DNA of 64,000 nucleotides from Capsulimonadaceae bacterium (GTDB lineage Bacteria; Armatimonadota; Armatimonadia; Armatimonadales; Capsulimonadaceae): NCBI GenBank assembly GCA_965215505.1, contig OZ244065.1, positions 608,001 to 672,000 of the forward strand, read 5' to 3'. Shown piece by piece: positions 16,336 to 27,904 of this stretch (position 1 is its first letter; each line of letters starts with the position of its first letter). The notes under the pieces were generated by a model. It saw only the letters and a program-made list of their open reading frames with translations, ran no database searches and was not told where the DNA came from. The position numbers and the translations under genes were made by a program.

Positions 16336-17316
16336 ATGTCAGAGCCAGAATTGTTCATCTCCCAGGACAGAGTTCTTGTAGAGTCATCTCTAGCAGGGGT
16401 GAAGGTTCGCGTTCCTGACGGTATGAAGCTGGAGCGAGATAATGCCGTACTCCAATGGAGCGGAGGCTATCACCTGAAATCCTACAGCCCGATGTGTTTG
16501 CAGCACTTCTTGACGCTTGCGGCGTCCGACCAGCCGCCGACGCCGAAGAAGGTAGAGGCTTTCGCCAAAAAGTGGGGTCCGCTCGTGAAGCCGGAAGAGG
16601 AAAGGTTGTCCGACCGTGGTGGCCTGACGTTCATTCGTGAGACGGTAGTGGTGCAGGGGGCAAACGGCAGCACGCACTTGACGAATGAGGAGCTAGAAGC
16701 GGCTGAGGATGCGGCCCTGAAGGAACACGCTGCGAGGGAGATATGCCAGGAGGAGAGGGACGCGAGGACAAAGGCAGAGCCACTTGTTTCTGTCGCGCGG
16801 CTGACCGTATGGACACGGCTAGCTCAGGAGATGTCGGCGATGATTGGCCTGACGCGGTATGTCCACAACAGGGACCCCTCGGCCCACGACCAAGAAGAAG
16901 CCCGCCGGCAGTGGTCATTGCTGGCAGGTGGCTCCTCGCGGTTCCCGCTGGAGGTCACAGGCACCGAGCGCGATGAGCGGATCAAACACTTTGTCAGTGA
17001 CATGGCATCCTCACTGCTTCAGGAAGTTCAATCCGGTATCGTGGTGAAGTGGGACGCGGCTTTTCCGCGCGTCAAACTCCTGGTCCCGAGTGCCAGGGCT
17101 TCGTCACTGTACGCGGCTCTGGTGTGGCAGCTTGTCGCCGTGGTCAGCAACCCGGAGCGAACATTCGTCTGCTTCTTCTGCCGCCGCCCGTCGTTCAAGC
17201 AAGGCAAGGAGAGGAGGGCGCGGAAGGGCCTCCCCGACAAATGCGTTGATCCCGACTGCGAGAAGAAAAGGAAGAGGATCAATGCACTCAACAGCAAGAA
17301 CAGCTCTTCCTCCTGA
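16336..17316 (+). CDS. Hypothetical protein with a C-terminal Cys4 zinc finger (CGNR-like), possible regulator
   Basis: CFFC…CVDPDC followed by a basic tail. Divergent from the HTH_17 gene. Confidence 0.65.
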   Translation: MSEPELFISQDRVLVESSLAGVKVRVPDGMKLERDNAVLQWSGGYHLKSYSPMCLQHFLTLAASDQPPTPKKVEAFAKKWGPLVKPEEERLSDRGGLTFIRETVVVQGANGSTHLTNEELEAAEDAALKEHAAREICQEERDARTKAEPLVSVARLTVWTRLAQEMSAMIGLTRYVHNRDPSAHDQEEARRQWSLLAGGSSRFPLEVTGTERDERIKHFVSDMASSLLQEVQSGIVVKWDAAFPRVKLLVPSARASSLYAALVWQLVAVVSNPERTFVCFFCRRPSFKQGKERRARKGLPDKCVDPDCEKKRKRINALNSKNSSSS

Positions 17317-17377
17317 CTTCCCCTCTACCTAACCGACCACGCGCACACGCCGCCCGAGGCGGTGTAAGGCTTGGCGA

Positions 17378-17399
17378 AGGATACTGTACAGTGAATGGA
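17378..17399 (+). other. Right attachment junction
   Basis: AGGATACTGTACAG + TGAATG + GA. The TGGA core is shared with the left junction. Confidence 0.9.
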
Positions 17400-17970
17400 T
17401 ATCCATTACCCGTCCGAGAACCGCCGCCTGTTCGACGAGATCGCCGACGGGCGCGGGGCAGTCCTGTCCGAGTTCCCGATGGGTACTGAGCCGAAGCCCT
17501 GGCATTTCCCCGCCCGCAACCGCCTCATCTCCGGCTGTTCCCTGGGCGTGCTGGTGATCGAAAGCCCCTTCGACAGCGGCTCACTCATCACGGCGCGCGA
17601 AGCGGGCGACCAGGGGCGGGACGTCTTCGCCATCCCCGGACCCATCGGGCTGGGCCACAACGCCGGCTGCCACAAGCTGATCCAGGACGGCGCGAAGCTC
17701 GTCGAAACCGTGGATGACATCCTGGGTGAACTCGGCGTTCTCACCCTGCGTGGGCCGGAAGAAGCGCCCATCTCGCGCGCTCCCGTCCCAGCCCTCCCGC
17801 CCGAGCAGCGCAAGGTGCTGGACCTGCTCACGCTACAGCCGCGCCAGATCGAGGGCCTGATCCACGAGTGCGGCCTGACGCCGCCCCAGGTCATGGGCAT
17901 CCTCACGCTGCTGGAAATGCGCGGACTGGCCAAGCGCGTGCCGGGGAATGCCTTCGTGCGGGTGCTGTAG
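17398..17970 (+). pseudogene. dprA: DprA 3' portion (interrupted gene)
   Basis: DIHYPSEN…SEFPMG…HFPARNRLISG…SGSLITA…GRDVFAIPG…GCHKLIQDGAK, plus a C-terminal winged helix. Confidence 0.95.
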
Positions 17971-17983
17971 CCTGCGGCACGAC

Positions 17984-18016
17984 AAAAGGCGGCCCCCATC
18001 ATGGGGGCCGCCTTTT
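17984..18016. terminator. Bidirectional terminator
   Basis: AAAAGGCGGCCCCCAT-C-ATGGGGGCCGCCTTTT between convergent genes. Confidence 0.85.
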
Positions 18017-18053
18017 CCGTCGCGGGTATGATTGGCGGCGCTCCGCCGGGCCG

Positions 18054-18905
18054 CTAGTCCTGCTTCGTGGACAGCCGGTTGCGGCGGAACACGAGCAGTC
18101 CCCCGGCTCCGAGCAGGAGCATCCCGCCGAAGGAGAGCAATGTGGAAGCCTCCGGGACGGGTGCCGGGGTGACGTTGGAGTTTGAACTGCCATGGTGGGT
18201 GGCGGCGATGCCGACCGCGCCCGCAGCCAGCGCGCCGAGAACGGCGGGCAGAGCATTGAACGCATGACCCGCCCCACTCAGGGGCACGGTCGGGAGAAGG
18301 TTCTGAAGGCTTCCCCCGACCTCAACAGTCGTCGGCGTCACGTCGGTGCTGGCCACCAGCACTGGGGCAGGCAGATCGCCGCCAGGCATCAAGCCGGGCA
18401 TGGGGGTCGCCTCGACCGGCACCGGTGCGGCAAGAGAGGCGAACTGCGCCGGTTTTGCGTTGCCGTTGTCGTCCGCCGTTTGCAGGCCCGGCGGCAGGGC
18501 GGAAACCATCGGGTTGCCGCAGGCAAGTCGGAGGATCGGCTGCCCGGTCGTGCGGGAGGCAAATACGGCGGTACCGCGCGGCAGTTTCGATTCGATCCAG
18601 AACTCGCGCCCATCGCGGGCGACGCACGCGACGCGGTAACGGCCCGGCTTCTGGAGATGCGTCAGCACCAGGTTCCGGCGGACGTACTGCGTGATCTGCG
18701 CTTCACTGATGTGGAAGTGGTTGGCGAGCCGCGCCCGGACGGCGGGGTCCAGGGTTACCTCCTGGGAAAGCTCCTGCACGGAGGCCACATGGTAGTTCAG
18801 GAAAGAGTTCGGCGGTACATAGGTGTGGCTCAGGCCGGGATGAGCCAGCGCGGGCGCGACTGTCATCGCGCAGAGTATCGGCAGGATGACGTATTTGATG
18901 GGCAT
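18054..18905 (-). CDS. Secreted PEP-CTERM-type sorting-signal protein
   Basis: Signal peptide, and a C-terminal PVPEA motif followed by a TM helix and RRNR. Confidence 0.8.
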   Translation of the reverse strand: MPIKYVILPILCAMTVAPALAHPGLSHTYVPPNSFLNYHVASVQELSQEVTLDPAVRARLANHFHISEAQITQYVRRNLVLTHLQKPGRYRVACVARDGREFWIESKLPRGTAVFASRTTGQPILRLACGNPMVSALPPGLQTADDNGNAKPAQFASLAAPVPVEATPMPGLMPGGDLPAPVLVASTDVTPTTVEVGGSLQNLLPTVPLSGAGHAFNALPAVLGALAAGAVGIAATHHGSSNSNVTPAPVPEASTLLSFGGMLLLGAGGLLVFRRNRLSTKQD

Positions 18906-19153
18906 TCACTTCTCCCTGGGCTTGGGCTGTATGATCCTGATGCGATGACCAATCATGGCGGCAACGCGACAGCATATCATACCCCGACGATCGGATTTAT
19001 AATTGTATTTTGGCACGCACACTTGAAAATACGGTCATCTATCGGACGTAATATGTTCCTTGCAAGTTCCATGCCAAACGCGCGTTTCGCCGGGCGGTAA
19101 CAAAAAAGTCATTTGGGTGTTATAATGAGAGAACATTTGAGGAAAAGCACTTA

Positions 19154-21451
<2,298 letters not shown>

Positions 21452-21474
21452 CTTTCGGGAGATGATCTGAGTAC

Positions 21475-21831
21475 ATGTTAGCGCTGAATTTCTATACAGA
21501 CCTTTACGGTGAGGCATTGAAGAAGGGCCGCAAGTCGGCCACGATCCGGCTCGGGGACAAAAGCGATAAGTACCAGACCGGTCAGATCGTCTGGGTGACG
21601 GTCGGCCAGCGGTTCGCGCGGCGAAAGAAGATGTTCTGCGCCATCCTGGACGCCGTCGAGGTCAAACCGTGTGCCGAGCTTTCGCCTCGGGACGTCCAGC
21701 GCGAGAACCCGGAGATGCGAACGAAAGAGGAAGTCATGCAGCTCCTCGCCCGCATCTACGGGCGTGACGTCACCGACGAGGAGGTCTGCACGGTCATCTA
21801 CTTCTCGCCGGTAGACGAGTACGAGCTTTAA
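21475..21831 (+). CDS. ASCH/PUA-like domain protein
   Basis: GRKSATIRLGDK (GxKxxTxR) motif. Confidence 0.7.
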   Translation: MLALNFYTDLYGEALKKGRKSATIRLGDKSDKYQTGQIVWVTVGQRFARRKKMFCAILDAVEVKPCAELSPRDVQRENPEMRTKEEVMQLLARIYGRDVTDEEVCTVIYFSPVDEYEL

Positions 21832-21837
21832 AGCACC

Positions 21838-23145
21838 ATGTCTGAAGAGATCATTATCATCGGCGGCGGACTGGCCGGGAGCGAAGCCGCCTGGCAGGCG
21901 GCGAATGCGGGCGCGAAAGTGCGCCTGATCGAGATGCGCGGCGTCAAGCCGACTCCGGTGCATGTGGGAGACAGGCTGGCCGAGCTGGTCTGCTCGAACT
22001 CGCTGAAGTCCAACCTGCTGACCAACGCGGCGGGCCTGCTCAAAGAGGAGATGCGGCGGCTGGACTCGCTGATCGTCGCCGCCGGGGACGCCTCCAGCGT
22101 TCCCGCAGGCGAGGCGCTGGCCGTGGACCGGGAGCTGTTCGCCGCCTGCATCACCGGCAAGCTGGAGAGCCACCCGAACATCACCCTGGAGCGCGCCGAG
22201 GTGGCGACGATTGACGAAAGCCAGGTCCACATCGTCGCCACCGGCCCTCTGACTTCGGACGCCCTGGCAGCGGACGTGGGCAGGCTGACGGGCAAGTCGC
22301 AGCTCTTCTTTTACGATGCTGTTGCCCCCACCATAGACGCCTCGACGATCAACCGCGAGATCGCCTTCCCCGCCTCCCGCTATGACAAGGGCGACCCGGC
22401 TTACCTGAACTGCCCGTTCACGAAGGACGAGTACCAGGCTTTTTATGACGCGCTGATGGCGGCCGAGCTTGCCCCCTTGCAGGAGCATGAGTCGAAGGTG
22501 CCCTACTTTGAGGGCTGCCTGCCGATTGAAGTCCTGGCCGGGCGCGGCCCCAAGACCCTCTGCTTTGGGCCGATGAAGCCGGTGGGTCTGACCGACCCGC
22601 GCACCGGACGCTGGCCGTGGGCCTGTCTGCAATTGCGCCAGGAAAACCGGTCCGCCACCCTCTACTCCATGGTCGGGTTCCAGACGCGCATGAAGTGGGG
22701 CGACCAGAAGCGCGTCTTCCGGCTCATCCCCGGCCTGGAAAACGCCGAGTTCGTCCGCTACGGCGTCATCCACCGCAACACCTACATCCAGTCGCCCCAG
22801 GTGCTGGATGACACCTTGCAGATGCGCGCCTACCCGAACGTCTTTTTCGCCGGCCAGATCACCGGCGTCGAGGGCTACGTCGAATCCGCCGCGACGGGCA
22901 TTCTGGCGGGACGTAATGCTGCCCGGCACCTGCTGGGCCGGCCGCTGATCACCCTGCCGGACACGACGATGCTCGGCGCGCTCGCTGCCTATGTCGCCCA
23001 CTATGACGGCAAGGACTTCCAGCCGATGAACGCCAATTGGGGCATCGTGCCGCCGCTGCCGGAACGCGTCCGGGACAAGAAGGAGAAGAACGGCCTCCTC
23101 GCCGAGCGCGCCCTAGCCGCCCTGGAGGCCGCGCTCCCGTTGTAG
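21838..23145 (+). CDS. trmFO: tRNA (uracil-54) methyltransferase TrmFO
   Basis: GGGLAGSEAA, ELVCSNS, FGPMKPVGL and GQITGVEGY motifs. Confidence 0.97.
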   Translation: MSEEIIIIGGGLAGSEAAWQAANAGAKVRLIEMRGVKPTPVHVGDRLAELVCSNSLKSNLLTNAAGLLKEEMRRLDSLIVAAGDASSVPAGEALAVDRELFAACITGKLESHPNITLERAEVATIDESQVHIVATGPLTSDALAADVGRLTGKSQLFFYDAVAPTIDASTINREIAFPASRYDKGDPAYLNCPFTKDEYQAFYDALMAAELAPLQEHESKVPYFEGCLPIEVLAGRGPKTLCFGPMKPVGLTDPRTGRWPWACLQLRQENRSATLYSMVGFQTRMKWGDQKRVFRLIPGLENAEFVRYGVIHRNTYIQSPQVLDDTLQMRAYPNVFFAGQITGVEGYVESAATGILAGRNAARHLLGRPLITLPDTTMLGALAAYVAHYDGKDFQPMNANWGIVPPLPERVRDKKEKNGLLAERALAALEAALPL

Positions 23146-23147
23146 GA

Positions 23148-24110
23148 ATGGCGCTGATGATCGAAATCTGCCGCGATGCCTTCCTGCACCACATGGCCGC
23201 GATCAAGGGCGCCTCGGCCCACACCGTCAAAGCCTACGCCGAAGACATCGGCCAGTTCATCGGGTTCGCGGAAACGCAGGGCGTGACTGACGTCCACGCG
23301 GTTGACCCCGCCCTGCTCCGGTCATTCCTCCTCCACCTGCAAACGCTCGGCCTCGCCCGCGCCTCCCGCGCCCGCAAGACCGCGACTCTGCGTTCCTTTT
23401 TTTCCTATCTCGCGCGGCAGTCCCTCCTCCCGCGTTCGCCCGCCCTCGGCCTCCGCAGCGTCAAGACGGAGCGGCGACTGCCTAAGTACCTGCGCTCGGA
23501 CGAGATGGAGGCACTGCTGGCTGCCCCCAGTGGCGAAACCGCCCTCGGCCTGCGTGACCGCGCCCTGCTGGAAACGCTCTACGCATCGGGGATGCGGGCG
23601 GGGGAGTTGGTGACACTTTGCCTGAGCGATGTAGAGTATGATGAGGGTGTTATCCGGGTCATCGGCAAAGGGGACAAGGAGCGTATGACCCTGCTGGGAC
23701 GGCAGGCCCTACTCGCCATCCAGCGGTACGTTCGCAAGGGCCGGCCCGAGTTGCTGCTGAAGGCGGAGCGTGATGACGGTGCCCTCTTCGTCAACCGCTA
23801 CGGCAAGCGGCTCTCGGACCGGGGGGTCCGCAAGCTGTTCGACCGCTACTGCGCCGCCGCCTCGACGCACCTCAAGGTCACGCCCCACGTCCTGCGCCAC
23901 ACCTTCGCCACCCACATGCTGTCCAACGGGGCCGACCTGCGGGTGATCCAGGAACTGCTCGGCCACGCCAGCCTCGTCACGACCCAGATGTATACGCACG
24001 TTTCCACGGAGCGGCTGCAAGAGGTCTACACGCAGGCGCACCCGCGCGCGAAGGAGGCCCCCACCCCCGCGCTCCGCGCGACCCCTCCCCCGCAAGCGGG
24101 AGAGGGGTAG
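23148..24110 (+). CDS. xerC: Tyrosine recombinase XerC
   Basis: RDRALLE…GMR, GKGDKER, HVLRHTFATH and LGHAS…TTQMYTH motifs. Follows trmFO. Confidence 0.88.
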   Translation: MALMIEICRDAFLHHMAAIKGASAHTVKAYAEDIGQFIGFAETQGVTDVHAVDPALLRSFLLHLQTLGLARASRARKTATLRSFFSYLARQSLLPRSPALGLRSVKTERRLPKYLRSDEMEALLAAPSGETALGLRDRALLETLYASGMRAGELVTLCLSDVEYDEGVIRVIGKGDKERMTLLGRQALLAIQRYVRKGRPELLLKAERDDGALFVNRYGKRLSDRGVRKLFDRYCAAASTHLKVTPHVLRHTFATHMLSNGADLRVIQELLGHASLVTTQMYTHVSTERLQEVYTQAHPRAKEAPTPALRATPPPQAGEG

Positions 24111-24115
24111 AAATG

Positions 24116-25468
24116 TTAGAACCGGACCGTCGTGTCCTTTGGCAGAGCGGCCAGCCGTGCCTTGACATCCTCCGTCGCCTTCTCGAACTTCGGCTTGCCC
24201 AGCAGGGCGAACATGTTCGTCTTGTAGGCTTCCACGCCGGGCTGGTTGAAGGGGTTAATGCCCATCAGGTAGCCGGACACGCCGGTCGCCCGCTCGAAGA
24301 ATTGGAGCAGTGCGCCTAAAGTGTAGGCGTCCAGCTTCTCCAGGTGGATCGTGCTATTGGGAACGCCGCCGTCTCGGTGCGCGAGAGACGTTGCCTCGTA
24401 GGCCGCCCGGTTGACCTCGAACAGCGGGCGGCCTTGCAGGTAGCCAAGCTCATCCAGGTCGTTCTCGGCGGACGGGATGGCCAGCCCAGGCTCGCCGCCG
24501 TCCAGGATCAGGAACGTCTCGATGATGTTCCGCCGCCCCTGCTGTATCCACTGCCCCATCGAGTGCAGGTCCGTCGTCAGGTCAACGGAGGCGGGGAACA
24601 GCGAAATGTGGTCCTTGCCCTCGCTCTCGCCCGTGAGCTGTTTCCACCACTCGGCGATGTAGTGCAGGCGCGGCTCAAAGGATGCGAATATCTCCGTCGT
24701 GTAGCCCTTGCGGTAGAGCAGGTTGCGCGCGGCGGCGTAGAAGTAGGCCGGGTTCTTCATCACGTCCGGATCATTCGTGGCGTCGGCCACGTCCTTGGCC
24801 CCGGCCAGCAGGGCATCAATGTTTATGCCCGCGACGGCGATTGGCAGCAGGCCGACCGGGCTGAGGACAGAGTAGCGCCCGCCCACGTCGTCGGCGATAT
24901 TCAGGGTCGCGTAGCCCTCCTCCTCGGCGAACTTCCGCAGTGCGCCTTTTTTGGCGTCCGTCGTGGCGACGATGCGCTTTTTGGCCTCTTCCTTACCGGC
25001 CGACTTTTCCAGCACGTCCCGGAAGAGCCGGAAGGCGACGGCGGGTTCGGTCGTCGTCCCGGACTTGGAGATGGCGTTGATGGAGAACCGCTTGCCCTCG
25101 ATCTGCTTCAGGAATTTGGCGTGTTCGTGCGCCGACAGCGAGTTGCCCGCAAAGACGACGGCCGGGCCGTCCCCCTCCCCTAGCGCCTCGATGACGGCCC
25201 GCGCTCCCAGATAGGACCCGCCGATGCCGATGGAGACGAGTACGTCCGAGTCGGACCGGATCTGCTCGGCCAGGGCCTTGATCTTCGTGACCTCGTCGGG
25301 GCTGACGATCTTGGCGGGGTCCACCCAGCCCAGGAAGTCGGAGCCGAGTCCCCCACCCTGCGTCACCTTCTTGTGCGCCAGGTCCACGTTGTCTTGGAAC
25401 GACTTGACTTCTTCCAAGTCCACGTCCGGGGCCAGATAGCCGTAGTCGAATGAGATGGGCAGCGCCAT
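24116..25468 (-). CDS. pgi: Glucose-6-phosphate isomerase
   Basis: GIGGSYLG, SKSGTTTE, GGRYSVLS, ESEGK and NQPGVEAYK motifs. Confidence 0.97.
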   Translation of the reverse strand: MALPISFDYGYLAPDVDLEEVKSFQDNVDLAHKKVTQGGGLGSDFLGWVDPAKIVSPDEVTKIKALAEQIRSDSDVLVSIGIGGSYLGARAVIEALGEGDGPAVVFAGNSLSAHEHAKFLKQIEGKRFSINAISKSGTTTEPAVAFRLFRDVLEKSAGKEEAKKRIVATTDAKKGALRKFAEEEGYATLNIADDVGGRYSVLSPVGLLPIAVAGINIDALLAGAKDVADATNDPDVMKNPAYFYAAARNLLYRKGYTTEIFASFEPRLHYIAEWWKQLTGESEGKDHISLFPASVDLTTDLHSMGQWIQQGRRNIIETFLILDGGEPGLAIPSAENDLDELGYLQGRPLFEVNRAAYEATSLAHRDGGVPNSTIHLEKLDAYTLGALLQFFERATGVSGYLMGINPFNQPGVEAYKTNMFALLGKPKFEKATEDVKARLAALPKDTTVRF

Positions 25469-25582
25469 TGTGTATCCTCCAAGTTGCGGGAAAGCGAGAA
25501 AGCGGCGGAGGCTGCTTGCCTCCGCCGCTATTGTACCCGCCCGGTGCCTCGGTTACTCTTGCCACGCAGGGGGAGAGCCGAG

Positions 25583-26200
25583 TCAACGGCGTAGCGAGAG
25601 CAGGAGCGAGGCGGCGATGGCCCACATGATGCCCCCGATCAGGAGGTCCAAAACGCGCCACGTCGCCGGCCTGCGGAACAAGGGGACGAGGAGCGAGGCA
25701 CCGTAAGCCAGGCCGAAGAACCAGAGGGCGGAGGCCGCCACCGCGCCGCCCGCGAACCAGCCGCGCGCCGAGGGCGGGTACTGCGCCGAGAGGCCGCCGA
25801 TCAAGACGACCGTATCTAGATAGACGTGCGGGTTCAGCAGGCTGAGGGCAAGCACCGTGCCCGCCAGGCTCGCGCGCGAGGCGGCGGGGGCCTCCTCCGG
25901 CAGTGCGGCGGGGTGCAGCGCGCGGCGGAAGGCCGTCGCCCCATAGAACAGCAGGAAGAGCGCGCCCACCCAGGCGGCGGCGCGCGTGAGCCAGGGGAGA
26001 TGGGCGATGAGGCCGCCGAAGCCCGCCGCGCCGAGCGTGATCAGGCCGGCGTCACAGCAGGTACAGAGGAGGGCGACGAGCAGCCGGCCCTCCCGCTTTA
26101 AACCTTGACGCAGTACGAAAGCATTCTGCGCGCCGATGGCGATAATGAGGCCTGCGCCTAGCCCCAGACCACGCATGAAAGCGTCCAGCGGCAGGCTCAC
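25583..26200 (-). CDS. LysE/ArgO-family amino acid exporter
   Basis: IIAIGAQNAFVLRQG and LLNPHVYLDT motifs. Confidence 0.92.
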   Translation of the reverse strand: MSLPLDAFMRGLGLGAGLIIAIGAQNAFVLRQGLKREGRLLVALLCTCCDAGLITLGAAGFGGLIAHLPWLTRAAAWVGALFLLFYGATAFRRALHPAALPEEAPAASRASLAGTVLALSLLNPHVYLDTVVLIGGLSAQYPPSARGWFAGGAVAASALWFFGLAYGASLLVPLFRRPATWRVLDLLIGGIMWAIAASLLLSLRR

Positions 26201-26219
26201 AGCGAAAAAGGGGCGGCCA

Positions 26220-26588
26220 TCAGAGCCGCTCCAGTTCAGTCCGCGTCCGCTCGGTGCGGACGTTGCCGGTGTTCAGGGTCGTGTTCGGCTCGATGAGCAG
26301 CAGGTGGACCTCTTCGTCCGAAACCGGCATGTGTTCAACGCCATGCGGGACGATGACGAACTCGCCCGGCCCGACAATGATGTCTCGGTCGCGCAGGCGT
26401 AGTGTCAGACGGCCCTGGACGACCAGGAACAGCTCGTCTTCGGCTACATGGTGGTGCCAGTCAAAGGCCCCCGACATCTTAACCAGCTTGACGTGCATGT
26501 CGTTGACCTCGCCGACGATGCGCGGGTTCCAGTGGTCGCTGAACTGGGCCAGCTTGTCGGCGAGGTTGACCTTCTCCACGTCTGCCAC
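26220..26588 (-). CDS. Cupin domain protein
   Basis: WHHH…EDELF and VPHGVEH motifs. Confidence 0.88.
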   Translation of the reverse strand: MADVEKVNLADKLAQFSDHWNPRIVGEVNDMHVKLVKMSGAFDWHHHVAEDELFLVVQGRLTLRLRDRDIIVGPGEFVIVPHGVEHMPVSDEEVHLLLIEPNTTLNTGNVRTERTRTELERL

Positions 26589-26589
26589 G

Positions 26590-27345
26590 TTACTTGCCCC
26601 GGAAGAATTTACGGAACTTGTAGAGCGTGACGTCGCGGTTCATCTCGGCGATGGCCTTGGTCAGCGGGATCTCCTTCGGGCAGGCCTTGACGCAGTTCTG
26701 GGCGTTGCCGCAGCTCGTGACGCCGTCCATGCCGGCGATAGCCTCCAGGCGCTCTTCCTTGTTCATGCTCCCCGTGGGGTGGCTGTTGAACAGGCGCACC
26801 TGGCCGATGGCGGCGGGGCCGATGAAGTTGGAATGGGCGTTGACCTGGGGGCAGGCTTCCAGGCACGACCCACAGGTCATGCACCGGGAGAACTCGTAGG
26901 CCTCCTGGCGGTCGCGCTCGGCGACGCGCGGGCCGGGGCCGAGGTCATAGGTGCCGTCAATCGGAATCCAGCCGCGAATCTTCTTCAGGTTCTCGAACAT
27001 CCGCGAACGGTCTACGGCGAGGTCCTTGACGACCGGGAACTTGGACATCGGCTCCAGCGTGATCGGCTGGGCCAGGTTGTCCACGAGGGTGGCGCAGGAC
27101 TGACCGACCTTGCCGTTCATCAGCATGGTGCAGGAGCCGCAGACGTTCTCCAGGCAGTTCATCTCCCAGACCGGCGCGCTGGTCGCCTTGCCGTCGCGCG
27201 TCACGGGGTTCTTGCGGATCTCCATCAGGCAGGAGATGATGTTCATGTTCGGGCGGTACGGAATCGCGAACTCCTCCCAATAGGAGGCGGAGTTCTGGTC
27301 CTTCTGCCGCTTGATCTTGAGCGTGATGGTCTTCTGGTCAGACAT
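26590..27345 (-). CDS. sdhB: Succinate dehydrogenase iron-sulfur subunit
   Basis: CLENVCGSC, CMTCGSCLEACP and CGNAQNCVKACP motifs. Confidence 0.96.
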   Translation of the reverse strand: MSDQKTITLKIKRQKDQNSASYWEEFAIPYRPNMNIISCLMEIRKNPVTRDGKATSAPVWEMNCLENVCGSCTMLMNGKVGQSCATLVDNLAQPITLEPMSKFPVVKDLAVDRSRMFENLKKIRGWIPIDGTYDLGPGPRVAERDRQEAYEFSRCMTCGSCLEACPQVNAHSNFIGPAAIGQVRLFNSHPTGSMNKEERLEAIAGMDGVTSCGNAQNCVKACPKEIPLTKAIAEMNRDVTLYKFRKFFRGK

Positions 27346-27370
27346 AAGAAAACGTCTTTCTAATGTGTCG

Positions 27371-27904
27371 CTAGTGTGTTGTCGCGGCCGGCGGCGTCAC
27401 AGGCTGTGGCAATCCCGGTCGGCGCGGGGCATTGCGGCAGCGCATGGCGGACGCGATGACCGCGATGTCGGCTTTGAGGGCGGCCGTGCGTGGGTCGCTG
27501 CTGAAAGTCAGGTCGGGGGATTTCTGCCCCTGATAGGTGACAAAGGTCCGCGTGCCGAACGAGGCGCTCCGCATTCCCCGGCCCGCCGGAAGCCCCGTCA
27601 GCGGCATGGCGGCATTGAGGTCGGTGAAAAACTGCCGCACCTGCTGCCCCAACGGCTCCCGGTTGCCCGTCTCGCTGTTGCGCTCGCTGCCGCCGTTGGA
27701 GACAGCGGCGACGTGGTACTTGGTCCCGCTTGATGACAGCGTAATCGAGTAGCCGGACGTGTTGGTCGAACCCGTGTTTTCAATGGTCGCCGTCTGCATG
27801 GCTGCCGCCTTTGGCGTCGGCTTCGGTGCCGCCTTCGCCCCGGCGGGCAGAGCCGCTAGAAGCAGCCCGGCCGCGCCGAAAGCGATGTTACTGCGCGTTG
27901 ACAT
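27371..27904 (-). CDS. Secreted hypothetical protein
   Basis: N-terminal signal peptide. Lies between sdhA and sdhB. Confidence 0.7.
   Translation of the reverse strand: MSTRSNIAFGAAGLLLAALPAGAKAAPKPTPKAAAMQTATIENTGSTNTSGYSITLSSSGTKYHVAAVSNGGSERNSETGNREPLGQQVRQFFTDLNAAMPLTGLPAGRGMRSASFGTRTFVTYQGQKSPDLTFSSDPRTAALKADIAVIASAMRCRNAPRRPGLPQPVTPPAATTH

Larger units (their letters stand above)
220..17399. mobile_element. 17,180-bp serine-integrase element (phage-satellite/PICI-like island) integrated in dprA
   Basis: Shared core TGGA at 216-219 and 17396-17399. Perfect 14-bp inverted repeats at 226-239 and 17378-17391. A large serine recombinase sits at the left end. Joining the flanks restores DprA. 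Confidence 0.93.

Noticed and set aside
220-17399. Complete prophage or conjugative element
   Set aside because: No recognisable terminase, portal, capsid, tail, lysis, relaxase or T4SS genes between the att sites.
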